Assembly: GCA_964016885.1 (NCBI GenBank)
Contig: OZ024753.1
Location: forward strand, 20,708,001-20,772,000
Length of the DNA: 64,000 nt
Direction: 5' to 3'
DNA from: Eledone cirrhosa
Lineage: Eukaryota
Positions 11,312-22,400 of this stretch are shown here, piece by piece (position 1 is the stretch's first letter; each line of letters opens with the position of its first letter). The position numbers were made by a program, and so were the translations under genes. The notes under the pieces were generated by a model, which was not told the DNA's origin, searched no databases, and saw only the letters and a program-made list of their open reading frames with translations.

Positions 11312-12304
11312 TATCCACTCTACTACCCTAAGTATTGAGTACTCTGGTGTGTTATGGTCCATCTGGTTCCTTACCACAACTCCTTCGTTATATATATCAA
11401 TAGATAGATAATAAAAACAACATCTCTCTATCTCTCTAGCTGCCTAACTATCTCACTATCTGTCTATCTCGTAATCTAAATAATTTGTCTGTTTGTCTAT
11501 CTATCTCATTATCTATCTAACTGTCTATCTATAGTAATCTATGCACACACACATTTTCTTTACCGTTCAGTTGCTGGACAGTGTACATATTGGTACATTC
11601 ATTACCTTTCTGTTTTTAGTTGATTATATTCAGCCAGTACTTATTTTGTTTAGGTTAGAAGGAGGAAAGGTGAGACCACCCTAGCTAAAGAAACAAGATT
11701 CATTTGAATTATTTCTTGACAACAAAACAAGAAAAGGGGGTTAGTCTGGCAGATAAGAGCAGATGGAGTAGACAGACATTTGCAATTGTATGAAATGGAT
11801 GTGCTGTTTAAGGGGTAAAGGGGGAAGGGAGTGTAACAGAAAGATTTTGGAGTCGAGATAACTTATTCAATATACAAAATCTCACAATGAAAGACCATTG
11901 ATATTATATAAAAGTAACTGAGCAGTATCTAATAAAACAAAACACTTTGCTGAAGGAAACAGAAAAGGAAGAAGAGAAAAGAAAATGAAAAGGAGAAAAA
12001 GAAGGATCAAGCATCAAAGGGGGTGGGGAGGATAGTCATTACACCCCAGTCAGAGCAGCGCTTCAGCTGCACCCCGCAGACAAAACAACAAAAATGTTAC
12101 CGCAGAGAATGTCCAGAAGCACCTACTGTAAGACCAACCCCAGAGATAACTTAGTAGAGAGATGTTCTGAAATTTGAAAATATATCAACACATCTATATA
12201 TATCACAGCACCCAGTCCACCCTGCAAGGTGGTCATGTAAGTGTCACAATAAAAAAAACAATCCAGCACCCAGTAAATGTAGTTGATATTAGGAGGAACA
12301 TCCT

Positions 12305-12430
12305 GAGGGTTTAACTCTGTGATGGACTGGTGTCCTGTCCAGAGGGGAGTCATGTACTCTCAGTTGCTTCACACCATGGAAACCAGGATAACCATAGGCC
12401 TGATGAGCTCCAGGCTTGAGACAGACTTGT
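12305..12430 (+). mobile_element. V-SINE-like fragment
   Basis: CTGTGATGGACTGGTGTCCTGTCCAG resembles the V-domain, followed by a GAAACCAGGATAA..GGCCTGATGAGC tail. Recognised from memory only. Confidence 0.5.
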
Positions 12431-12919
12431 AATTTTTATAGCAAAGTTTTTTGTAACATTTCTTCTGCTCCAAATTACAAACTGTAACCATTAACCAACT
12501 TCTTATCATTTAACAACCACTTTTCATGGTAGAGTAAATGAGTCTGAGCTCCTATTTAGAATTATTGATCCCATAGATAGGTTGAAAGATAACATCACAC
12601 TTTCATTTGGCATGGTTTCTATGGCTGGATGACCTTTCTAATGAACAACCGCTTTACAGAGTATACTAGGTGTATTTTATCATAGTAAACACATTAGAGA
12701 GGTTGTCATGCTCCTGGCTAGACTAAAAAAGACTCTTTAGACTTGCCAGACACATATTTTATGCTGTGAACCTGTAACTCCTGAGGGAGTTGTGGGGCAT
12801 ATTGACATAGTGTTTCTTAAGGCATTTTTTAAACCTGGTGGAGCCAATCCCCTTTCCAGGTCTGAGAACAGCAAATTTCTTCCAGAGAAGGATAGAGAGG
12901 GAGTGAACAAGATTTAGAG

Positions 12920-13075
12920 AAAGAATCGACCCCAGAACTTGACTGATACTTTTTTTATTGATCTCAAATGGATGAAAAGCTTAGTTGACCTCAGTGGGAT
13001 TTGAACTCAGAGAGCAGAGAACCAGAATGAATACAGCAAAGCACTCTATCCTATATTCTAATGATTGCCAGACAT
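12920..13075 (-). mobile_element. tRNA-derived SINE, same family as 15464-15633
   Basis: TCGACCCCAG..ACTGATACTTTTTTTATTGATCTC..GGATGAAAAGC..GTTGACCTC..GGATTTGAACTCAG is the reverse complement of the family core. Confidence 0.7.
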
Positions 13076-13312
13076 GACAGAAGGAATAAGTAAATATGTA
13101 ACAACGATCATGTCTATAATGTTTTGCTTAAGAGATTCTATAGTGAAATGAAAGTTTCTTTATTGTACATTAGTTGGGGTTTTTTTTCATGTAATACTTT
13201 ATAAAAATGTAAATAATCTATTTTTATTTATTTTTATATATTTTTATGTTTTTACTTGTTTTTAATCTATTTTAATTTATTTTTATGTATTTTTATATTT
13301 TTCTCATTTCAG

Positions 13313-13374
13313 TTATTCCAAATTATTAAAATTGATAAAAGGAGAATAAGTTTCTCGACACATTTTATGATTTG
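13313..13374 (+). CDS. Candidate 62-nt exon with strong splice sites
   Basis: Long T-rich tract plus TTTCAG acceptor, TG|GTAAGT consensus donor. Open only in phase 0 (LFQIIKIDKRRISFSTHFMI). In phase 1 it reads (V)IPNY-stop. Confidence 0.45.
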
Positions 13375-14479
13375 GTAAGTAAAATTGAATTTTAACAATT
13401 CTTTCTAACTTCACCATTTCCATATTTCTGCTGAAATACACTGGATTTGAATTATTTAATGAAGAATTTGGAAGGATTAACTGAAATGATTAAATGTTTT
13501 ATTATTAAGATGGTATTTGTAACATAACTAAACAAAAGGTAAAATTATGGTAAAAGATTTCTTATTTAATACTTTAAAACATGTGGTTTTGTTTCTAAGG
13601 GAAGGAAAAAAATTACAAACCGGTAATAGCAACAACAGCATGAACTCCAACCAAGTTTCTTCTGATAAAGGGTTTTTAGACCCAAAATATTAGGACAAGT
13701 ATATAGAATAACAGGTGACACACCAGCATCTTTGTTGTCTTCAATTTATTCTGAAATCTATCATAGATTTTGTATTGTTGTAGCCTCCAAATAACATACT
13801 GCTATATACTCTCATCCTGATTTGGCAGAGGGGGGCAACAGTTGACGCCTGAGATACAAGAGATCAAAACAGCTACTGACATAAAATGGAATTTGTTTGT
13901 ATATAACTGATATTTTGAGTCTGGTCAGGCTTCTACTAGCTACTATTGGTACCATGTAACCCAGTACAACCTGTTTCATAGTTGAGTGGTCAATGACTAA
14001 ACCAGTGGAACCTCAGCAGCACAAAAAAACAAGAGTTGTAAAAAGTGCTGATGAAGTCCTCAGAATCAATATCCATCCACCCCAACTATGGTTAAATAGC
14101 CTCACCAACCTACAATTGGTCAAGGACAGTGAGTACAGCTACACCCCTGACATGACCAAAACCAAACAGGAAGTGGTGGAAGTCAACCAAGGAAAATTTT
14201 CTCCAACAGAAGTGCGAAAACTCTGGATTGGAACTGATATTTATTTATTATTTGCTTCTGTGTATTGCAATGAGCAACTACCTTTCTTCAAATGGGAAAA
14301 GGGTTACCCCTATGTACATTGAAAGGCTAGAGTTTTTCTAACATACACAATGCATTGTCCATGATAGACTAAGAACTACTGAACTCATAAGGTTGTCCAA
14401 TATCTAATCAACTTATTAATCTGCTGTTTCTAAAGAATAATAATTAATTTTGACTTAATATTGTTGGTGCCTTAATAAC

Positions 14480-14800
14480 ATACACCCAGTACACTCTATA
14501 AAGTGGTAGGCAAATGGGCCAAGTAGATTCTGTAAAGTATTGAGAGAACTGTGAGTCTAGTTGAATACGTGAAAACCTCTTTATTGTTGCTCCAATTGTA
14601 AAATGCACCCAGTACACTCTGTAAAATAGTATGCAAATGATATGTCAGTCTGTTATAGAAACCATGCAAAACATGGAATATGCAAGTGAGACATGGTCTT
14701 CCAATTCAGTCTGAGGGAGGCAGAAACTCCAAATATGAACTGACATGGGTGAAGACCACCTATCTAACATGGAAAGAAGACATCAAATAATGATGATGAT
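14480..14800 (+). mobile_element. Old RTE-tail/SINE remnants
   Basis: Two CACCCAGTACACTCT(A/G)TAAA motifs (about 14484 and 14606) and CATGGAAAGAAGACATCAAAT(AAT/GAT)n, as in 10120-10480. Confidence 0.55.
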
Positions 14801-15463
14801 ATATTGGAGGAGGGCGGCAATTACTGCAATGGCACAGTGGGTAGTAATTAGTTATTCTATGTTTTCACTTTAATGTAGAGTAGTAGCTATGACCCTTTTC
14901 AAGAAACCCTGTGATTGTTTAGGGGAAGGGAGAAGTTATTCTTTTACGGGAAACCTCGTCTGAATGGTTACAGTGAAATGGGGCTTGTTAAAAACACCCA
15001 AAATGTCAAATGATAGAGTTAAACCAAGTGATGTAACCAAGAATGAGAATGATCTGTTCAACAGGCATCCACAAAGTTTCTATCTACTAAAATTCACTGA
15101 AAAGTATTTAGTCAACACTCGCCCAAAATACAGCCACACACTGAGATTGTTATGAAGGGAACTTCTTAACCACACAACCATGCATATATTCATATCATCT
15201 ATAATATATAACCAGCAATTTCTCTGTCTGTCTGTCCGACAGTGGAAACACGTGCGCGTGTGGTTGCTATCTCTCTCTCTCTCCAGCTATCCCTCTCTTT
15301 TAGTCTGTCTGTTTCTCTCACTCTCACTCTTTCTCTTTGTAACACACTAACATTCCTACCCTCTATCGCTGTGACAAATGGGGAGATGGAGGAGAGAGTC
15401 ACTTCGTCACTTCACCTTTGCCTTTCTCTCCCCTCTCACTCCCTCATTACGTACAGACATTAG

Positions 15464-15633
15464 GGCGGTGGATTGGCAGAATCTGTAGAGAGTCGGACAC
15501 CATGCTTCATAGCTTGGAGTTACGTCCCTTTACGGTCTGAGTTCAAATACCGCCGAGGTTAACTTTGCCTTTCATCCTCACGGGGTCGATAAAATAAAGT
15601 ACCAGTAATGTACTGGGTAATTGCTGGCCTTGT
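15464..15633 (+). mobile_element. tRNA-derived SINE with a MetaSINE-like central domain
   Basis: GGCGGTGGATTGGCAGAA (A-box-like), GAGTTCAAATACC (B-box-like), AGGTTAACTTTGCCTTTCATCC..GGGGTCGATAAAATAAAGTACCAG. The 3' part recurs at 16503-16568. Confidence 0.8.
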
Positions 15634-16502
15634 CTATATATATAAAACTGAGGATGTCTGTCTGTGTGTGTGTGAGCTTGAATCCCTAAAACTCGAGAAC
15701 CACCCAACCGACTGTTTTCAAACTTTACACATGTAATACTTATGTTTCAGGGAGTGTTCTGAGCAAAAGAAATTTCAAATTTTCAATGCCCTAGGGACCG
15801 CATTAGGCGATTTAGCGATCTCTCTCTATAATTCTTAGTCTTTCTCTTTTTAGATAGATACATACATATAACGTCACACCCTTATAATATCTGTCTATAT
15901 GTCTGGCTGTCTGCATTACGTCACTTCCCTGAGGATGTCTGTCTGTGTGTCTGTGTCTGTGAGTTTGAATCCCTAAAACTCGAGAAGTACCCAACCGATT
16001 TTTTTCAAACTTTACATGTGTATTACTTATGTTTCAGGAAGTGATATGCACATAAAAAATTCAACATTTTGATCTCCTAGGGTGAAAAACTGCATTTTTA
16101 AAGCTTTTTAGGGCTTTTTGGAGGCATTACGTCTAGCTGATTTTCCCAAAATTTCAAAGCATATTATGCACATAAAAAAGTTCATTTTCTTGATCCCCTA
16201 CATTTTTCCTGCTTCATCGAGGAAAGATTATCCAGCCATCAGAGTAATCGGTTTATTTTCTTTACATATTGTCCAGGCATGCAGTTTTTCCGTCTGTTGG
16301 CAGCCCGCATTTCAAAATACCTTATCCCATGCAATGCCAGCTACCACTATATATGATTCCAGTCAACTTTTCAAGATAATAATGAGTTTGATATTTACGA
16401 GATTTTTACAGCTACAAGCAAACCAAATAGATTACATACAAATCTGATTCTTTAATTAAATTGTGTGATTTCAATCTTAAAGACATAAATACAATTTTGC
16501 TT
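15633..16502 (+). mobile_element. Non-autonomous Helitron-like insertion with an internal duplication
   Basis: Starts TCTATATATATAAAACTGAGGATGTCTGTCTG, a typical animal Helitron 5' end. The 5' block (about 15648-15790) recurs at about 15929-16080. No canonical 3' hairpin+CTAG confirmed. Confidence 0.55.
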
Positions 16503-16809
16503 TAAAATAAAGTCCCAGTAATGCACTGGGATAATTGATGGCCTTGTGCCAAAAGTAGAAACAATTATTTCCTGCTTTTTTTTTGTCTTTGATTTATAAG
16601 ATGGTTAGGATACTTAAAAAAAGAAAATGGATGTGTGTGTATGTGTGACTGGTTTCAGTGAGTTGTCTGAGGCCATGCTACAACACTACAGGGATTTAGT
16701 CAGTTGTCTGATATACCAGAACACTACAGAGATTTAGTCTGTAGTCTGACATACCAGAACAAGCAATTTAATGAGACAAATGCAACTGGTCAAAATTTGT
16801 TACAATTTT

Positions 16810-16921
16810 TTAAAATCTGGCACAATGTTGCTGGTAGAAATTCATGGATCTGTTCTTGGACTTGTTTATTTTAAGGCAGGAAAAACTCTGTTCACAGATG
16901 TAAGTTGACCCCAAAATAGAA
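16810..16921 (-). pseudogene. hAT transposase C-terminal dimerisation-domain scrap (Charlie/SPIN/GTF2IRD2-like)
   Basis: ILGSTYICEQSFSCLKINKSKNRS matches the family motif FGSTYxCEQxFSxMKxxKSxxRS. Confidence 0.7.
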
Positions 16922-18090
16922 TTGGCTAGTACTGGGCATCCACAGCCTATGTGGTTCATTGTCTCTTCCCTATCTACACATATTCTACAGTTACTTATTG
17001 TGCTTTGTTTCATTTTGTACTTCTGGTAGTTTCTGTTAGGTAGACTCTGGTCCTGCACTGCAATTAGAAATCGTTCCATCTCAGCTTTTAGTCCAGTACT
17101 TTGGAGCCAGTTTGGTGTGTTTTCTTTGTCTACTTCCTTTCTATTTATAGGGGTATTGGCCATATAAGGATTTCTCTTGCCATTGTTTTAACATGGCATT
17201 CTGGGAGTCAGTTTTCAATTAAAATGTTATGTCTTTCACAATTTCTGTTGTTTTTTTCTTTGTTTCATTTTCCTCACAATTATCTGTTAGTCCAGATTCT
17301 CATTTGATATTTTGGGTTTCCTTGAAGAACAAGAACGATTTTTTGTTTTGTGCATGTTTTGTGGTTATTTGTATTAGCTTTCTTTTGTTTTTTATTAGGT
17401 ATTTTTGTAGTTATTTTATAAGAGTTTTCTAGTTGCATAAGGCCTCTTCCTCCTTGTGGTCTTGGTAGGTATAATCTTTCTACATCTGATTTTGGATGGT
17501 GTATTCTAAATGCAGTCATTATATTTCTTGTTTTTCTATCTATTCCAGTTAGTTCTTTTAGTGTCCAGTTCAAAATGTTAAAGCTGTAGCTCATTACTGG
17601 GACTGCTAAAGTGTTGATGCCAATCACCTTATTCTTTACATTTAGTTTAGTTTTCAGTATTAACCTAATTCTTCTGTAGTGTTCTTTTCTAATCTTTTCT
17701 TCCATCTGTGTGTTGAATCTTATCTAGTTCGTTAATTCCTACGTATTTGTATGTCTGAGTTTGATCTAGTTCTCTTTTTTCTGTTTCTTTATCTAAGATG
17801 ATATTATTGCTTTTCACTAGTTTTCCTCTCTCCAGAGTTGCCTTGGCACATTTTTCTAATCTGAATTACATAATTATTTTTTTGGTGAATCTGTGTACAG
17901 TTTGGAGCAATGTTTGGAGTTGTTTTTCCTTTGTAGCATACAGCTTTAGATCATCCATATATAGGAGATGCTTCATTTTCCCATAGTAGTATTTATGCCC
18001 TAGCCCAGTTCTGTTTAGTGTTTCAGATAGTAGTGTTAATGCTAGGCAGAAAAGCAGTGGTGATAGGGAGTCTCCTTGAGATATGCCTCT
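16922..18090 (-). mobile_element. Second, divergent R4/Dong-like LINE fragment
   Basis: Encodes ISQGDSLSPLLFCLAL, HLLYMDDLKLY, DRKTR...DVERLYLPRPQGGRGL and AVQDQSL...CRICVDREETMNHIGCGC. ATT-rich sequence at the 5' junction (about 18095-18117). Confidence 0.88.
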
Positions 18091-18897
18091 GTTTTTATTA
18101 CTTTATTATTATTATTAGCTGGTATCTGGAATATTTGGGGTTCAGTTCCTTATAGCAGCCATCTTTTAAAGATGGAATGCCATGTTTGAATCTGGAGGAT
18201 TTTAAAAAATACCACATGGTATTTTATCCTACTCTCCAATGACTACAACTTCACTGATCTATGGCCATAAAGGATTTAGATATATTATCCCATAAGTCAA
18301 CAGACTTTCTACTTTTTAAAACATCCCTACAGTATTTCGTGCCTTTCATCTGTGCCTGTCTGTTGTCTTCACATCTACCACAAATACCATCACCATCAAA
18401 TTGAGGGATCCATTATGTGGTTATTCTACATGTTAGAAACCGCAGCCAAATTCCCTCAGATCACACCCTAACATCCACCAAAGTTTAACAGACTGCTTTC
18501 ACTTTACACTGGTCTCCATCAAGACCCCTGGCATCCTTGGTCCCCACACTGCTGATTTTCTTCATTAATTTGGGAAGACAGCAGCCTGCTTGAGGAGAGT
18601 GTTCTGTGAGGTATGATTGCTACAACAGAGGGTGTCTCTGGTCATTCTCCATAGTAATGCTGTTTTGTCCGTGGGGTGGGGCTGAAGCATCAATCAGACT
18701 GGTGTATAGTGACTGTCCATCCACTTATTTGTTTTCACTACTCAATCCTTATTTTTTTTTTCTTTTCTTCATATTTTCTCCTCTTCTTTTTCTCTTCCCT
18801 TTAATAATGTTTTTCTTTACTAGATACCATATTCTGGCCATATTACGTTTGTTTATTTCTCTGTATATTTGTTTGTCTATCTGTTTGTCTATCTGTA

Positions 18898-19408
18898 AGT
18901 CAAAAGGTTTATGGACAAGCTCTTTAGGTAAAAAACGACTTTATTTACATAAGTTTAAACACCATCACCTTCAAAATAGTTCCCTAGTACAGCAATGCAG
19001 CGATCTCAGTGTATTTTGAAGATCTGGCCCTGGGAGACGAATTCTTCATGAACAATCCTGCGGATGTTGAACAGGACTCTTCCATTGGCATCCTATTACT
19101 GGAAATCTGTCTTGCCTTCTTCAGTCGTGGAGATGATAGACTCTTCCATTGCGTTCATTTCTGTTTTGCCTCTGAAACATGTCCAATGCTCTCTGGCCGA
19201 TTTTCCAAGTTTAACGCCAAAATTTCAGGCTGACTCATTGTTTCAAAATGATGTCTGTGATCCAGACTTGCACATGATAAAAAAAACACCAATTAAACAA
19301 CTCAAATGTCACTTGGGACACTGACTAATGACAGTTACAGTTAACTGTGCATTCAACACTGAGCTGCCATCAGTTGGCTTGTGACAGGAAACTTTTTGAC
19401 ACCACCTC
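18898..19408 (-). mobile_element. Tc1/mariner-like internally deleted DNA transposon
   Basis: Imperfect terminal inverted repeats: GTCAAAAGGTTT at the left, GGAAACTTTTTGACACCACCTC at the right. TTTATTTAC...TTCAAAATAGTTCCC resembles a mariner 3' end on the minus strand. Confidence 0.65.
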
Positions 19409-22400
19409 TTCTGTCTGTCTGTCTGCCACTGTTTATCAATCTGTCTGTCTGTCTGTCACCGTCTATGTCTCTGTCTGTCTGTCTGTCTGTCACTGTCTAT
19501 CTATCAGTCTGTCTGTCTGTCATTGTCTATCAATCGGTCTGTCTGTCTGTCACTGTCTATCTATCAGTCTGTCCGTCTGTCACTGTCTATCAATCAGTCT
19601 GTCTGTCTGTCACTATCTATCAATCTGTCTGTCTGTCACTGTCTATCTATCTGTCGGTCTGTCTGCCACTGTCTATCTATCAATCTGTCTGTCTGCCACT
19701 GTCTATCTATCAATCTGTCTGTCTGTCACTGTCTATCTGTCGGTCTGTCACTGTCTATCTATCAATCTGTATGTCTGCCACAGTCTATCAATCTGTCTAT
19801 TTGTCTGCCACTGTCTATCAATCAATTTGTCTGTCTGTCACTATCTATCAATCTGTCTGTCTGCCACTGTCTATCAATCTGTCTGTCTGCCACAGTCTAT
19901 CAGTCTGTCTGTCTGTCTGCCACTGTCTATCTATCAATCTGTCTGTCTGCCACTGTCTATCTTTCTGGTTGTCGGTCTGTCACTCTCTATCAATCTGTAT
20001 GTCTGCCACTGTCTATCTATCTGTCTGTCTGTCTGTCAATCTATCTATCTGCCACTGTCTATCAATGTATCTGTCTGTCTGTCTGTCACTGTCTATCTAT
20101 CAGTCTGTCTGTCACTGTCTATCTATCAATCTATCTGTCTGTTTGTCACTGACTATCATTCAATCTGTCTGTCTGCCACTGTCTATCAATCTGTCTGTTT
20201 GTCTGCCACTGTCTATCTATCTATATGTCTGTCTGCCACAGTCTATCTATATGTCTGTCTGTCTGCCACTGTCTATCTGTCTGTCTGTCACTGTCTATCT
20301 ATCAATCTGTCTGTCACTGTCTATCTATCAATCTGTCCATCTGTCACTGTCTATCTCTCTGTCTGTATGTCACTCTCTATCTATCAATCTGTCTATCTGC
20401 CACTGTCTATCAATCTGTCTGTGTGTCACTGTTTATCTATCAGTCTGTCTGTCTGTCACTGTCGATCTATCAATCCGTCTGTCTGCCACAGTCTATCTGT
20501 CTGTCTGTCACTGTCTATCTATCGGTCTGTCTGTCTGTCACTGTCTATCTATCAATATGTCTCTCTGCCACTGTCTATCTATCTGTCTGCCATTGTCTAT
20601 CTATCTGTCTGTTTGCCACTGTCTATCTATCTCTCTGTGTGTCTGTCTGTCTGTCACTGTCTATCTATCAATCTGTCTGTCTGCCACTATCTATCTAGCA
20701 ATTTGTCTGCTGTCACTGTCTATCTATCAATCTGTATCTCTGTCACTGGCTATTTATCTTTCTCTCTGTCACTATCTATCTATCTCTCTGTCCGTCACTG
20801 TCTATCTATCAATGTGTCTGCTTTCACTGTCTATCTATCAATCTATCTGTCTGTCACTGTCTATCTATCTTTCTGTCTGTCACTATCTATCTATCTCTCT
20901 GCCTGTCACTATCTATCTGTCTGTCTGTCTGTCACTATCTATCGATCTGTCTGTCTGTCTGTCTGCCACTGTATATCTATCAATCTGTCTGTCCGTCAGT
21001 GTCTATCTATCAATCTGTCTGTCACTGTCTATCTATCAATCTGTCTGTCTGTCACTGTCTATCTACCTCTCTGTCTGTCTGTCACTGTCTATCTATCAAT
21101 CTGTCTATCTGCCACTGTCTATCAATCTATTTGTCTGTCACTGTTTATCTATCAGTCTGTCTGTCTCCCTGTCACTGTCTATCTATCAATCCGTCTGTCT
21201 GCCACAGTCTATCTGTCTGTCTGTCTGTCACTGTCTATCTATCGGTCTGTCTGTCTGTCACTGTCTATCGATCAATCTGTCTGTCTGCCACTGTCTATAT
21301 ATCTGTCTGTCTGTCTGTCATTGTCCATCTATCAATCTGTCTGTCTGTCTGTCACTGTCTATCTATCGATCTGTATGTCTGCCACTGTCTATATATCTGT
21401 CTGTCTGTCTGTCATTGTCCATCTATCAATCTGTCTGTCTGTCTGTCACAGTCTATCTATCGATCTGTATGTCTGCCACTGTCTATCTATCTGTCACTGT
21501 CTATCTATCAATCTGTCTGTCTGCCACTGTCTCTCTATCTCTCTGTGTGTCTGTCTGTCTGTGACTGTCTATCTATCTGTCACTGTCTATCTATTAATCT
21601 GCCTATCTGCCAATGTCTATCAATCTGTCTGTCACTGTCTATCTATCAATCTGTCTGTCTGCCACTATATATCTATCAGTCTGTATGTCTGTCACTGTCT
21701 ATCTATCTCTTTGTCTGCCACTGTCTATCTATCAATTTGTCTGGTGTCACTGTCTATCTATCAATCTATCTGTCTGTCACTGTCTATCTATCTCTCTGTC
21801 TGTCACTATCTATCTATCCCTCTGCCTGTCACTATCTATCTATCTGTCTGTCTGTCTGTTACTGTCTATCTATCAATCTGTCTGTCTGTCTGTCACTGTA
21901 TATCTATCAATCTGTCTGTCCGTCACTGTCTATCTATCAATCTCTCTGTCTGTCACCGTATATCATTCTGTGTGTCTGCCAGTGGCTATCTATCTGTCAC
22001 TCTGTCACTGTCTATCTATTATTCTGTCTGTCAATCACTCTATCTATCGGTCTGTCTCTCTCTCTGTCTGTCACTGTCTATCAATCTGTCTGTCTGTCTC
22101 TGACTATCTATCATCTGTCTGTCTGCCACTGTCTATCTACCTCTCTGTCTGTCACTGTCTATCTGTCTGTCTGTCACTGTCTATCTATCAATCTGTGTGT
22201 CTGTCACTGTCTATCTATCAATCTGTCTGTCTGCCACTGTCTATGAAACTGTCTGTCTGTCTCTCTCTGTCTATCTATCAATCCATCTGTCTGCCACAGT
22301 CTATCTATCAGTCTGTGTCTCTGTCACTGTCCATCTATCTGTCTGTCTGCCACTGTCTATCTGTCAGTCTGTCTGTCTGTGACTGTCTATCTATTAATCT

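Noticed and set aside
12398-12425. CTGATGAG as a hammerhead core
   Set aside because: No GAAA after a stem II, and it lies within a V-SINE-like tail.
15464-15555. tRNA gene
   Set aside because: A/B-box-like motifs continue into a SINE body present in several copies, and no cloverleaf is evident.
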